A stretch of DNA of 64,000 nt, from positions 287,585 to 351,584 of the forward strand of contig NMRA01000058.1 in assembly GCA_002633005.1 (NCBI GenBank). Reading direction: 5' to 3'. Positions 25,400-39,480 of this stretch are shown here, in pieces (within the stretch, counting starts at the first letter, position 1; every line of letters begins with the position of its first letter). The position numbers were made by a program, and so were the translations under genes. The DNA is from Phoronis australis. Lineage: Eukaryota > Animalia > Phoronida. The notes below the pieces were generated by a model that saw only the letters and a list, made by a program, of their open reading frames with translations, made no database searches and was not told the DNA's origin.

Positions 25400-27480
25400 T
25401 CACTAAGTAAAGATAAAAGACATAAACATGAAAAAGTAATATACAGTAACTACAGAAATGAGATTCCAGATTAGAATGTTTAAAGCAAGTTTGAATAGTA
25501 TCCACAATGAGACGTTAGCCAGTCTAGATTTGACGAAACCCAAATTACTAGAATTCTTAATACTATCCTCCAATGAATTCCACAATTTGGGTCCACCAAA
25601 ACTCAGACCGGTATTTAAACCATATGTAATGGTATTAACACGAGGTATATCAAGTACTATATCATATGAAGATGATCTATGATTAAACATATCAGAGATA
25701 TTACTGTAACTGATTTATACATGAGGATATAACAATGTGTAGAAGTCATTTTAGGTACAGAGACATTTGGCCAGTCTGCTTTAAAGGCCCTTTCATGCTT
25801 TAAATGTTGACACATCATTGTTTTGGGGAGTTGTGGTCAGTATCAAATGTTAACTTTGGTCCTGGATCGAAGTGAGTTGGGCCAGTTAACTTCGCTGTAA
25901 ACAGGTGGATTTGAAAGCAAAGCGTCAACTCAGCGGTGCAGTATGAACGGTCAACTTCGGTTCCGTCGAAGTTAACGCCAGGGGCTGCTGTTATCATCAA
26001 CAATTAAAGGGCAGTGTCATCACAAATAGTTGCTTATTTTTTGATCGAATAATCACCAATCGAATTAGAGGTAAATTTTATGTCAATTATAACAAATTCT
26101 TATAAATATCCCCAAATTGTCACATTTAAAAAATCTTAACGTGCATGTGATGCATCAGCGCTACCTTGCGATTACTTCGATGACAACAGTATCAGTTACC
26201 GTTTACTTCAGTGTTCGTTAACTACGGAAGCCAGTATGAACGGTTCAGTTAATTTCGCAGTTTAGGTCGTCACTCCACTCAGACTAGAGTTAAGTCTGTG
26301 TGAAAGGGCCTTAAGAGAACATCATAATCAACATGAAGATCACTGATATTGAAAAAAAAACTATTTTAATTACATACTTCTATGATCTTTCAAGCTTGTC
26401 ATTGTTAGTTTTGTTTGTAAAATGGCCTGATAGTGTCACCATAATTATACTGGCTGTTAGCAAAGTTTAAAAAAGGTTACACTTGAAAGATGATGTAAAC
26501 AGTGTTTGAGTTATATAGAATAGTAACTTCTTAAGCTTTGTCATTATTTTAGCCATAAATATCAGTTGAGTCCTGAAGAGGCGCAGATGTCTGGTTCATG
26601 TAAAATGTGAGGAGAGTATCAGGCTCGTTTCTGGAAAGAAGCATAGCTTGGGATGATCCGCATCAACTATCATCAAGTTGGATATGAACCAGTTTTGAAT
26701 ATGTAGCAAGTTTACGCTGTTGACTGTTATTAGACAAACAATACAGATAATTGTCATCAGCATATGAGTGAATAGTATAATATTCCAGAGAAAACATGAG
26801 GTCATTTAACAGTAGCAAAACAGTCTGTCTGCTTGTTTGTGGTATTAGTTCCAGCTTGATCCTGGACTCATACACTAACAATTTTCTCAGCTACAAGCTT
26901 CTTTAAAGCCCATGAATGCAAGCTTTTGCACAGCAGGTTCTTTAGGGATTTTGTGACTGTTGGCTCCTTGAAAAAATGGTAATTAGCTGGTGAACCCTGC
27001 TCACACTCACATTGACATGTCTGTTGTGCAGCTCCATTAATTGCCATGGCTTCAGTCTGGAATACTGGTAAAATTGCCTGGTCACTATCAGCTTTCCATA
27101 TCTGCCAGCTCAGGCTTGACAACAGTTTTCTAGTTCAGAACTTTCTTTGCAACAAACCCGCTTTATGCTGTTGAAGGACTTCGGACAGCATTCTCTGAGA
27201 ACAAATTGTTTGTTTGATTTAAAGTTGTGCTAGGCATATTCAGTAGTTGCCTAGTTCCAGTCATTAGCTATTATTACATACATTTCTATGACTTTTGTTT
27301 AAAGCAGTGTCAGTTGTGTGAGTCTTCAGTCTTCTAAACATTAAATCTGGGGCAAATATTTCATGTAGGTGACTTAAGCCTCCCCATGCATGCACAGCCA
27401 CATTAGACATTAGCATTTTTAGTGCTCCAGTTATGGAAGGAGTTCCCTGGTGAGGCAAAAAACCTTCATTGCACCTTAAT
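25400..27480 (-). mobile_element. CR1/L2-clade LINE ORF2 remnant, interrupted by a MITE
   Basis: Minus strand LLLNDLMFSLEYYTIHSYADDNYLY (RT YADD) and the 3' motif IPRVNTITYG...SFGGPKLWNSL. Confidence 0.75.
25785..26311. mobile_element. PIF/Harbinger-like MITE
   Basis: TAA|AGGCCCTTTCA ... TGAAAGGGCCT|TAA: perfect 11-bp TIR and 3-bp TAA target duplication. Confidence 0.75.
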
Positions 27481-29701
27481 TGCCATTGGAGCTGATTGAC
27501 TCAAGCTGCTTTCGGATTAGAGTTAGTTTGGACTAATGTGGGGTCAGAACATATTTTAGAATAGCATGATAACCTATTGTAACAAATTGTCACCTTTCCC
27601 ACTAGACCAGACCAACATTCCACCATCCTAACTTTAAAGCTTCATCACTGATACTAAACGCAAGTTATTGCTACACTGTACTGCAATAGGGATCAGACAA
27701 CCAATTTTCACTTTTATTCTTGTTTTGAGACATGTCAAATTTGTCGAGCAAAATTTGCAACCGCATCCGCTACGGCTGGCTTACCTCCCAAAATTATGCC
27801 TTATAATCTCTAGAAGAGTATAGTTACACTTTCAATACTCACACACAACTCTATGTTCTGACTCTTACCAGAAATTTAATTGTCAATGGTTTTGCATCCA
27901 ATATGTAATAACTGGTTTTTAGTACTAAGTAATATCCATGGTTTGTATGGTCACACCTTTTCAATTTTGTGCAAAATTTCAAATTGTTACATTGGTGAGT
28001 GATGCTTATGCTTGAGTGTGGAGTGTTTTGTTTCATGACACTGAGGACTTGCTTGTTCCCGGGTTTTCCGACAATGTCCGCTAAGATGAAGACAATAATT
28101 CTGGGGAGCGTACTGTAACCCTAGTATATTTGTAAAAAGCAAGATTTTACAAGGCTATGTCGCCGCGTGTTTTCGACGAGACCACATGATTTTATATGCA
28201 TTTCTTGTCGCGAGATAGTTACTGAAGGCTCCCCATAAATATCGTGTGACAAATCTCCGGCTTTGTCATTAATAACACGCACTCTCCAACTGAACTGCTA
28301 CTGCTTAACAAACGAAAAATTATGTTCAAAGGGAGTAAAGTTTCCAAACAGAACTTTCAATTCAACTTGCCGGTCAGGCGATTAACTTGAACTTTCACCT
28401 GTCTGGGTGCCGAAAGTGACCTACTTAGAGTCGGCAACCGTGGAGTCCTACACAAGAGTGACCTTAATTTTACGACGGGGGATCCGATGTGAACAGAGTA
28501 TTTGTAAAGATTGCTATCCCTCGATCCATTAGCGCACTGCATGCATTGGAAAAACATCGGAAAAGTTAGGGTGTTACGTTTAACAAAACATGCTCTCATG
28601 TAAAATTAGCAAATTTATCCTGTAGAAATTAAGGAAATGCTACCTTTCAAGGACAAAAATCAAAAGTTTCTTAGGCGCCCTTCTCCCACTCGGCACTATG
28701 TGCCATGCAAATGGTGGCAAATCTCCAGCTTTACAGAGAGCAATATCAGTGCCCTGGCTAATACCCTGGCTAATACCCTGGCGGGAAGAATTGTGCACTC
28801 GCGTGAAGTAATGATGTATGTTAAGATGGTCGAGCAAAATAATCCGGATCAAACCATGCACATTGCGATTACACAATCAAACCAACTTCAGTACACTCGC
28901 CGGTCTTGTCTTTTTGAGAGTACTAAGTACTTTAGTACCGTACCAAATACCGTATAGGCAGTTTTAAATCATCTTTTGCATTGGGACTAAAATTCTTGGG
29001 GTTGAGAAAGAATGTTAATCCACTGTACTAACTCTATAATGGGAAAAGCCCTTTAGTCCATATTTTTCTGTTACTTTGTTTAAAATGTGATTACCCATAC
29101 CAATACAGGATACGACCTCAAAGGTTGAATTACGATATTGTTGTTCCAGAGCATTTTTTGAAACATTTGCAATTTTTACCTAACACATGACTACATCCTG
29201 AAACTCGTCCGTATTATGGAGCCTGATACTTTGGCACTAGATTTGTATAAGTCAAGCTATCACCAAGAAACTTGTTTATCAGGAAATCTGATCTAAGGTC
29301 TTGTTCTATGCAGTAGAAAATTTACCGAATTTTTATGGTGTCATGGCAATAAAATGTTGCCGAAAACAATTTCATATATAGCAGAATAAAATTTTTGATT
29401 TTTACTAAGTTCTTGGCTTCTGAAATTAAATTCCTTCGAAAAAGTTAAGTGAGGTTTATTTACCATACCAAAGGAAACACGATGGAAGTTGGTTTTTGAG
29501 AAACTCTTTGAACTTTGAAAGATAATTGGCCTGCTAGCTGTGATGGCACACAAAAAGAGCACAGGGACGCTCAACACTAGACTAGATTGATGTCTGCATT
29601 TGACTTTATGCCCTTTCCCATGCAGTTTACTTTAGTACAATCGAAACTCTGATGTTAACTGAGGTTAACCGCAAAGTTTAGCAGTTAGTCAGAAAACTAG
29701 T

Positions 29702-29926
29702 TCACCAAAGTTGTTGCGAGGCAACGCTTAAATATGACCTTCGGCCATATGCCTTCGTGATTTTGTCCTTGTCATCATGGCAAGGACCTATCCCTCCCCT
29801 AATGGAAACTAGAGCGTGGACTTCAGTAGGCAACCAACGGTTGCCACCACGATGGGACGATGACCATATACTAGAAGATGACATACTGAAAAACTTGACT
29901 CTTGAGTAGGCTAACAGCTGATCCAA
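29702..29926 (-). pseudogene. Possible Myb/SANT-like (trihelix, Harbinger-associated) remnant
   Basis: GGNRWLPTEVHALVSIRG resembles the WxxxEVxALIxIW first helix. Short and weak. Confidence 0.3.
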
Positions 29927-30232
29927 ACAAAGGCGGTATGTCAGGAACTTGTTTTATGTACATTACTCGTTCATTGACTACTGTAACCTTCGATTCAGGA
30001 CTAAAGTTAACCTTCAAAGCCAGTGGGAAAGGCCTTTTATAAACTGTTGCTGTGGTTTGGAGTAGAAAGCAATAGAGGTGTTCGTAAAGTCTCACCAAAG
30101 CAGTTTTAGCCTTGGGTATTTTTTCAGTAATATGCAGTGTCCAGGATATAGTGTTGCCTTACCTAGAAACAAAAGTTCCTACCTTTCAGCTTCAAGTGCA
30201 GAGTTGATCATTTTAGCTGTATTCTTGATACA

Positions 30233-30677
30233 CACTGATAAGCTAATGAACAGGTCATACTTTCAAGTTCACAAATTATTGAAGCTGATTCGTGAACCAC
30301 AAATGGGTTCATGAAATTGAATGGATTGCTTCATGAATTGATGTGTTCATGAACTTTTGAATCCAGTTGATAAACCTTAAGGAAGAGTTCATGAACTTTA
30401 AGTAACAGTTCATGAACTTTAAGTAATAGTTCATGGACTATCAATGACTTTATGAATTGTTGGGACTAATTTTGTAAACATTGGAATAATTCATGAACCA
30501 TCCTGAGTTCATGACTTTATGAACTTCATGAACTCTTGGATTATTCACAAACTGTATGTAAGCAAAAGTTCACAAATAGCTCATGATTTTGATCATGAAT
30601 TTATTATGAACTGGTCATATAAATTCATGAATGTCCTTGAACGTCTAAAACTTTGTGAACCTCATTTCCACTCAGTG
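30233..30677. repeat. TTCATGAA-rich degenerate repeat bounded by CACTGA...TCAGTG; possible CACTA/EnSpm-type non-autonomous element
   Basis: More than 15 exact or near copies of the palindrome TTCATGAA; short inverted CACTG termini. Confidence 0.45.
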
Positions 30678-30707
30678 ATTTAAATGTACTCCTGAACTGA
30701 ATTTTAG

Positions 30708-30838
30708 AATGAACTTACAAGTGCTTCCACTGGGTGCACCGCTGAGACAGTACGTCAGTCTGCAACTCCTAGTGTCTGCAGTGATGAAGCAAGCTCTGGT
30801 GGTGACACAAACCTACGACAGGAGAGCAAGGCACATAG
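30708..30838 (+). CDS. ACAP: ACAP exon, PH-ArfGAP linker
   Basis: attttag|...|gtatgt; NELTSASTGCTAETVRQSATPSVCSDEASSGGDTNLRQESKAH. Phase 0-2 exactly bridges the phase-0 end at 11377 and the phase-2 start at 38620. Confidence 0.8.
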
Positions 30839-31084
30839 GTATGTAATAAAAGGGATTTTTGTAGTTTATTGGTTGAGTTTTGTACCGGTCTCCCATGTAC
30901 ACCACACACAGAAACCCCTACTGCAGGAAATAACTTTGGAAAAAATAGTGGTTAAGAAGTCGAAAATATGACTCATGGATTTTTTATTCAAATTTAAGTG
31001 TCAACTTCACCAAATTTTTGTTATTTCAATATCTTGCAGATTATTCATGTAGTTGAATAAAGTAAGTGTCTATACCTCTACTTA

Positions 31085-31530
31085 CCGGGGTTTTCCGTAG
31101 ATAAGCCCACCCGATGAAACGCTCATGGACGTTTATTTGGAAAATTATGCCAAATACATGCCCATGGGCGTTTATTTGGTGTTACAACTTGTGGTGTCAA
31201 GTGTCCAGACAGCGTCACGTACTGCTTTGGAAATTTTCCTCTTAAAAGCCCACTCAGCGTCAACTTTTTATCACAGATTCAGTTTTGTGGAGCATTTATC
31301 ATTTATAAAAAGGAACAAGGCGTTGGCGAATTATGCCTTTATCAACAAAAAATTTAAAAACGTAAATTTAAGTTAAAGAGTATCAGGTCAAGCAAAACTA
31401 TGGCTTTCCGTTTACTGACACGCTCCCTTTTCCGAATAAATGCCTGGGCGTTTATTTGTTGTTCCTGAAACGCCTGAAAATTTTCATTTTCCGAATATAC
31501 GCTCATGAGTTTATCTATGGAAATTCCCAG
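31085..31530. mobile_element. Tc1/mariner-type MITE
   Basis: TA|ccggggttttccgtagataagccca ... tgagtttatctatggaaattcccag|TA; repeated subterminal ggcgtttatttg motifs. Confidence 0.7.
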
Positions 31531-33345
31531 TAGTATTATTATACCTATGCATTAGAATAGAATCCTTGTCAATTTACAGTAATCACTTCTTTTTGACATC
31601 CTCACCGTTCAAGATTGGCAGCATGACCAGTTAGCATACTTTGAAAATTGGTGGCATTGATCCAAGGCACCATGCTATTGCAGTTAATTTCATCACCTCA
31701 GGCTGTTGATGTTATCGTTCTCTAGATTATCAGACCCGTCACTGGGGGGGGGGGAGGGGGGCGGGGTGGTAATAGTATTTTTAAGTTTTTGTTTTGAAAG
31801 TTTTTGAATAGCATATTTAAATAATTTGTGAAAAGTAAATGTGATTAGGTTATTGAATTTTGAAAATTGGACAAGAAATGTGACTTTTATATCCTAAAAC
31901 TTTTGTATAGTCTTGCCACATTATGCTCCTCATTAATTCTGCTGTGTGTGCAGCATAATTGGGCCAGTTACCAAACCACAAGGCAGCAGTTGGATTTTGA
32001 GGTAAGCCAAGTGTCATCCTACAATTCTTGGCATGCAAAGGAAATGTCTTGAGCAGCACTCACAAGATGTTTAAGTCATTTTCATCTCCTTTCGTGCAAC
32101 TTTCCAGACATCACTGAGCTTGTTTTCGTTCAGTGACTTTAGAAGGATGGTTGCCGTGGATCTGATATTCATCACTCACCCACCCTTCCTTTGTTGAAAG
32201 GTGTTGGTGTTCCAGCAAGCTTTTATGTTAAAGGAATTTTCTCAGCAGAAATCGACTAGAGCAGCTTAGAATCCTCTACTGTGGTGCCAAATTGCACTTG
32301 TTAATAGCATAATATTTTAGGCATATTTTAATAAAAAGGCACCGGCCTTTATTTCAGTCTGGCGAACATCATCGATAATTGACGATTTGTAATAGAATAC
32401 CAAATACAACGATTTTGTTGTTTAGAGCTCCGGTCAAAGCCAATAGTATCAAGAGGGCTATCCCACCCAAAAATTATCGAAAAGGTGTATTTTCGGACAT
32501 AAACCTGATAGGGTCCCTTTAGGGAAACATGGTGATTTCCTCATTGAATTAATGCAGATGGTTATAAGTAGAGTTGAACAAGTTCAATATGACTGAACGA
32601 GAATTTCATCTTCCCCTACCGTATTCCATAACTGTTTGTCTTAATTTTCTGTCAACAATCGGCTGTGATAACGCTTTAATATTACGTACATATTGAAATT
32701 GTGAGTCTCTTTAAAGTGGGCCCTCCATTGCTTATTACCTTAAATTCACTTGCACAAACTTGTTCAAACTTCTCCAGTCAATAGTTAAAACTCAGGTAGA
32801 GCCTCGTAGTAATTGCCATCGCCTGAGGTCTTTACCTACTTAGAATGTTTAAGCTGCGCTGATCCTGTATCTGGATACACAACCAGCTTAATTTTGTGTG
32901 CATGAAACAGCTGTGTCATAACATTTTGTAATTGGCCTTGTTTGACTGTATCAGTGCCTGTCTGCACCAAAGCCAAGTTGCTAATGGGGTCTGGGGATCA
33001 GTGGTGAAGGGGAGCAAGAACCAGTGTGGGTGTGTGGTCCTCTGTTAACAATCTCTCTGACTGATCTGCTGCTGTCCATAAGTGTGAAATACAATCTATT
33101 ATCAGTGGTTGTTCTTATGGCCATTTAAGTGGCTTTCATATTTTATCCTTATTTCATCAGTCTAACATTCTTTATTGACTGCAAGCTGCCTAATTTATGT
33201 TGGAAAGGTGTCTTTTTAGTGGACTAACTTAAGTGTAGTACTGAAGTTACTCCCCTTCAGAAGATGGGATTATTGACCAGTAATAAATTTAGGCTACCAG
33301 CATAAGTCAGTGGGAACACTTAATGCACACGTTAAAAAATACCAG

Positions 33346-33496
33346 CCTCCCGTTCAGTAACGCTAGGACCTCGCTAAAAAGCAAGACTTCGTGAGATGAC
33401 GTGAGACCCTGCCGTGTATTTTAAATGAGAGCACGTGACGTTAGCTAGATTTTAGCTAGGTCCTAGCGCAGGCCCTAGCGGTTACTGAATGCACGC
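33346..33496. mobile_element. MITE family C copy 2 (inverted relative to copy 1)
   Basis: CAG|cctcccgttcagtaacgctaggacct...ttactgaatgcacgc|CAG. Confidence 0.75.
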
Positions 33497-36400
33497 CAGC
33501 TTAAGTTCTAGAGCTCACCTCCGATACAATGGTCAGAAGTGGTTAAGGAGGCAAACTAGCTAAACCTTAGCACTAATTCCGTTTTGTTTGCACTGTTCAA
33601 ATTTTTGCAACTCGAACGACTGAAAATTTTTCCGTCAAAACTTCTGTGAGGCATTGTATGCACATACTGAACGATGTATTAATGCAAGAGAATGGTGCAG
33701 TGCAAATTTTGAAAGAAAAAAAATGTGTCAAATGGTTTAATACGTATTCAATTAATGGCTCTGCATGAAATTAAAAGCCTCAAAATACTTACTGTGTAAT
33801 TCCATTATTGGGTGATTCGACTGAGTTTGCTCCTTTGGCACTGAATACATACATACTCTAAAAGAACAGGTCAACCAAAAATTATTATGTGATTCCAACG
33901 TGTGCTTGCACAGCATTGAATGACAAGCATATATGGAAAAAAGTAGTTCAGCCGCAAAATGTTGCATGTAGAGCACGTGTTATTTCGGCTTGAGATGTGA
34001 ACAAGGCAGAGATTTAGGTCTTAAAACTGAGAGAAAAAACTTTTCAGTTTTGAAGAATAAATTTGTTTGTAGTATTGCTAGGTTATAGTAGATTTTAGAT
34101 ATGGTTAGTGTAAAATTCAATAACGCGGTCATTTTTAGTGCAATGCAGATGAGGCAAAGAACACGTTGTCCTCTCTGGTGACCACTGCCACTGGCGACGA
34201 CCATCGTACTCCAATGAATTCAAAATTGCGAGTGAAACGTTAAAAAAACACAGAAAAAGCAGAAATACACCTTGGTATGTACCATGCAACAGAGGTCATA
34301 CATCGTTGGCTCAGTTTTTATCGGAGAAAATCAAATGATGTCTCGTTTAGCTCATTTTTCATCACCTTTATCAGAGACTCATTCCACATGGTTCATGCAT
34401 AAACATATACTATCTGTAGTATTACGGTAATCCCTTAAACCATAGATACTTACCTTGATGGCTGTTAGTGGGAACACTGGCAAGCTACTGCAGTTGTTAT
34501 TTTTAATTATCTTAAGGTGTTTCATGCTGGTTCTCTGGTTTAAGCAATGGGAAACCAGCTTTAAAGAAGTTGTTGGACTGCTTATTGAAATGATGATTAA
34601 AAGTCATACATGCATGTTGTAGATTTCAATTGGCTCCCTATTTACATTTCATGCAATCTGAATCCCTACTGATTTGTAATCTAGCACACAAGAGATGCAA
34701 GAGATTAATGAGGGGGTGAAGGAGGGTAAGTGACATGGTACAATTTAATGATTCACAGCTATATTTTATGGTCCATGAGATCACAATAAATTGGATATGA
34801 AAATGAAAAGCACCAGTTTCACATTCAAGCATGGCGCATTTTGGGACAGTAGGTAATCAAAATCAAAATTAGTTGTCTGAAGGCAGATTCACTGCTGTTT
34901 TCATTATACCAGGAAACTCCGGTTCACTGATCCATTTCAAGCCAGGATTGTGTCTGTTCCCAAGTGATTTTTAATTAGTCCATCTAGAAAAAGACTAATT
35001 ATTGTCAGAATTCATTAGGTAATACCCTGAGGTACCACTGAGTGTGGTGTAAATAGGTTAATTGAGTCTGGTAACTGCCCTGCTGTCAGCAGAATTCTTG
35101 ACATCATGTCTTAATTGTTTCAGCATAGTCTTATGTTTGTCAAGTGATGCAGTGCTGTTAGTAACTTGTCTTACAGAGAAATAACTTGGTATTTTCCCTG
35201 GGGCTGCGGTTGGTACTTCTGTAAAGGGCATGTTCTTTTTATCAACCCCCTTTGATCTGTGGTGAAAATCTTGTTGAGCTAGGCAGTCCCTTGTGTCCAT
35301 CTTTAATACATCTAGCCAGTTTTTGTTGAAGTGTTTTATTGTATGGAGACTTTCATTGTGTTTTGTATGTTTGTTTACACTTGACTGATTGTTGGACATG
35401 GTACACCACCTTGTTTGTACCTTTCAAATTAATCTCTCTCACACTGAAGAAATTCCTTGCGTGCATTTAAGTGTCTCAGGGGTATCTTCCACTGTTGCAG
35501 GTGTTATTGCACATTTTTTATTGTTTTCAAGTCCTGCAATTTTTGTGCCTACTGGCCGATTTGCAATGTCTGTAGCTGTAAGCTTCTTGTAGTTATTCCT
35601 TTGAACATGGCTACAGATGAAGATGAACTTCACATAAATTTGGCTGCTGCCGTGTCAAATTGTGGCAATTCAATTTTTTTTTCCTTTGTATGTGCATAGA
35701 GCTTTGATATCAAACTTGCCAAATGTGCTTGTAAATTCAAGTTGGTGGTGGTGGCCGTTATTGTTCATGCCAAGAGGGCTTACAGAGTGCTATTAATTAC
35801 CTGATAATTTATGTCGATTTGTACTAAGTTTTAGAATAAAGTTATTATGCTGAAGAAATACTGTGAATGGTTTTTAGGCAAAATTCAAAGTTTGATCTCA
35901 AATATCGAGAAATTTACACGAGTCTCGGGTTAATGACATGGGCAAAACCTATTGGAAATTTCGTCAAAATCCCGAGGCTTGGATTTGTTTTCTCACATAA
36001 ACCGTAAAACTGGTCTTTTGCCGAAATACTCGGCGTGTCTAAAACTTTCAACCACATGACGCAACTTTTGTAAAAACATGCATGTATAATGTAAAGTAAC
36101 CCCAGTTACTTTTTCTTTTAATAGTTTTAAGGTATTGGAAACTGAACAATTGTAAATTGCATTTAGCTTTTGCCGTAACAAATGTTCAAGTGAGAATCTA
36201 ATAAAAACGTTTTGAAGTTGTAATATTAAAAGTTAAAATATGCTTATAAATTCGTAACACAGTCAGCTGGGCTTCTCCACATGTGAGCACTGAAGTGACC
36301 TTGAGAGAGCACCTCTAGTCAGTCTCACTTCATAGTTTCTTTATTTCTTGATTTGGGGTTCGTCTTCATTTGAATGAACATGGATGTTGAATTTGCTGCC

Positions 36401-37229
36401 GATGATGGGTTTGTTTAAAAAGCTGTATGCATGTCCTTCCGGCTGGGAGTAGGTACAGTTGCAACACTCGATTTGTCAATCATAACATTGTCACCCTCAA
36501 AGAATTCTGGCATTGTTTGTTTGTTGGTATTAGTGTTTTGCAGACCATAAAATGTAAGGCGTAAGAAAATTAACTATTGCAGCAGCGGATGAGCAGCAAA
36601 GAGTATTCAGGTTGGTCAGGATAAAATTTTCAAGTAACATGACTTGATCACATGCTGAGTTTCATTATGCAAGAGCTATTTCACTTCATTTTCTTGTTTG
36701 TAAGCGGTCGCATCCACTGAATAGGAAACAGCTATTCATACATAGGGTATGCTTTTAAGGTAAACCACCTGTTTCTCAGTTTCCTGTTTATCTGGTTTCT
36801 CACAATTCAAAGGAACATGTCTTTGTGTAACCTCTTTTTCTTTGCACAACAAATATTTGTAACCATTTTCAACCTTCATTTCTCGCTGTACAAGATGGGT
36901 AGGAATGACTTTGGATAAAAACAAAAGATTAGAAAACCAAAACTATTTGGTGATGTCTAAAGTAACTTGAAGCATAAACTAAAAAAATGTTGTACCACCT
37001 GAAATTTTATGCAAAAACAACATTCAACTCACACCTACCTCATTTGTTATGGTAGGTTATGTTTCAATGTTCAGCGAGTGTAAGAGCCAAATAGTTATTT
37101 TGCAGATTACTAGATACCATATTTTTGTCGGTTGCATTAAAGTCACAAACATTCCCAAAACTCAAAGTTCACCTTTGATTCTGCAATATATCATTAACCT
37201 AAATAACTAAAGTAAAATAATATAGTTGT

Positions 37230-37700
37230 ATCTCAGTTGCCTGGACCCCGGAAGAGGTTGGTTTCTGGGGTAATGAGGAAGCTGATCAATTAGCCAAACT
37301 TGGTTCAGAACTTCAATTTCAATGAATTGGGTCAGTATCACCTGTTACTTATACCTCCTACATTTTAAGAGTAAGGGACTGGTGATTAAAATGAACGCAA
37401 ACATTTTAACCAGAAAAAGGCTGTGAAAGAATAAAGAGGTGGTGAGCTGGGATAACACCCAGTCTTACTGCCACGCTTTTGAGTCTGATCAGGTCTCAAC
37501 TGCAAATGGTGATGCAGTTGATAACAGGTGACTGTATCCTGTAGAAACATAAGAAAACAGCAGGTCGAGCAACAAAGTCCTGCTCTCGAAATGGTGCATG
37601 GAAGGTGAAACACCAGAACACCATGTCGGTTGTGCATCACTTACCAAAGTATTAGAAACGAATGCTTTAGAAGTAAACCAGTTTCAGTGAAAACTGTCAT
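37230..37700 (+). mobile_element. RNase H-containing non-LTR retrotransposon 3' remnant
   Basis: ISVAWTPEEVGFWGNEEADQLAKLGS (RNase H WxPxHxGxxGNExADxLAK), followed by a degenerate ETPEH CCHC motif. Confidence 0.7.
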
Positions 37701-38599
37701 AGATAGCAAAAACAGAACACTTGCAAAAGTTCTTTATGTGGGCTCACCTGGTAGGCTTGCTGAGTTTGAGCAGTGAAGCTAATTCAGAAGCACGTAATTC
37801 AGAAGACTGAACTGGTACACATCATTGTGTACCTGTACAGTCTCTTCTCTACCTGTGTCGCCTGTTTTGAGTCTGTGAACTGTTTCCTTGAGAATGGTTT
37901 ACTTACGCGCTAATTTTAAATTTTGTGCTTCTGTTCCGGCCTAAATCAAATGTGATCGAAGCTAAATCACAGTCTGTTGCAATGGGCCATAGTAACATGT
38001 CAGCCTGTTTTAATACTTTATTTCACAAAATTCCTGCTCCACTGTCCTATTATTACCATTACCATTACTTTTACAATAATTACCATTAAGATTAAATGGA
38101 AGTTCACCACACAATAAGTTCTTACTTTTCCTTTTGGTGTTTGCCTGTGGCAAATTCTTTGCTTGTATCTTGTGTTACACAGTTTATGTGTTCATTCTTC
38201 CTTATGAAAGTGTTGCGAATAATTTTTGGGAATTCTGTGCCCTTTTCAACATTCTTGTATGTTAGTAACCCGACAGGCCACTTATAGTATGAAATCAAGT
38301 GCTCAAAGGCTAGCTCAGATGATTACTTTCTGTTGGCTCCCGGTTTTACCCACGTGGTTAATTGCGCTTAGTTTAGCTTTTGTCCACGCAGTTGCTTTCG
38401 TCTGGTTGTCTTCTTGCTAGAACATCTTGCATGTAGGCATGTGCCCATGTGGGCACCTCAAAGTCTTTGATGTTACGGCATATGGACCACCGCAGTTGGA
38501 TCTCTTTGCACTCATTTCCATTAGGGTAGGTGCAAACCATGTGTCAGCAGCATGCCACTTTGTGTGTGTGTTACTTTTATAGGCTACTCAAACTAATGA

Positions 38600-38746
<147 letters not shown>

Positions 38747-38987
38747 TAATAAATGCTCTTTGTGTCTCCCAATGGCACATGTTGTGAGAGGTGACCAAAG
38801 AGCCTAAGAAAATGTTTGAATTTGTTAGTCATATTAATTCTCCCTATTTCATAATGTTCTTTGATTGCTGAAAATTACATCTTGTAAAATAACACATTGT
38901 AAATGCAGTCATAGCATGTATGTGGGTAGATTTCCAAGTTGCAAAATGATGCACAAGATAGTGGTTATTTATTGTTCTGTTCAACAG

Positions 38988-39152
38988 GAGTTTAGGTGTC
39001 CACATGTCTAAAGTCCGTTCAGTAACTCTGGATGCTTGGGAACCTGAGTTAATCAAAGTAATGGCAGAGCTCGGTAATGACGTTGTCAATGGTATATATG
39101 AAGCTGAGGTAGATGAGACTGTTGCACCACGTGCAACGCCCTCGTGCAGTAG
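38988..39152 (+). CDS. ACAP: ACAP exon, ArfGAP domain
   Basis: tcaacag|...|gtgagt; SLGVHMSKVRSVTLDAWEPELIKVMAELGNDVVNGIYEAEVDETVAPRATPSCS. Confidence 0.97.
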
Positions 39153-39480
39153 GTGAGTGAGCTTCCTAAGACGTCACTGCTGTCTGAAGGGGTGTGAACT
39201 TAGCCCAAGCCCCCCCCTTTGTAAGGGAGTCGGTGGAACTGCAAAATGTTGCGACAAAACATTAAGCTATTTTAATGTGATTTGTGATTCATTGCAACAG
39301 TAAATTTTCGGAGGGATTTGACTAGGCAACGCCTCATTTGGTTTTACCATGTCAGCTACCTGTTCTGATCTGATTGACCATTTAGTACTGTGCCACATTA
39401 TTTTTTGTCTGTACGTACAAAATCTTATGATCATTGTTTCTGATTAGCAACAGACTACAACTGCCATTTTTGTATGCATA

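Noticed and set aside
33543-34438. Kolobok/piggyBac element between TTAA sites
   Set aside because: The ends are not convincing inverted repeats.
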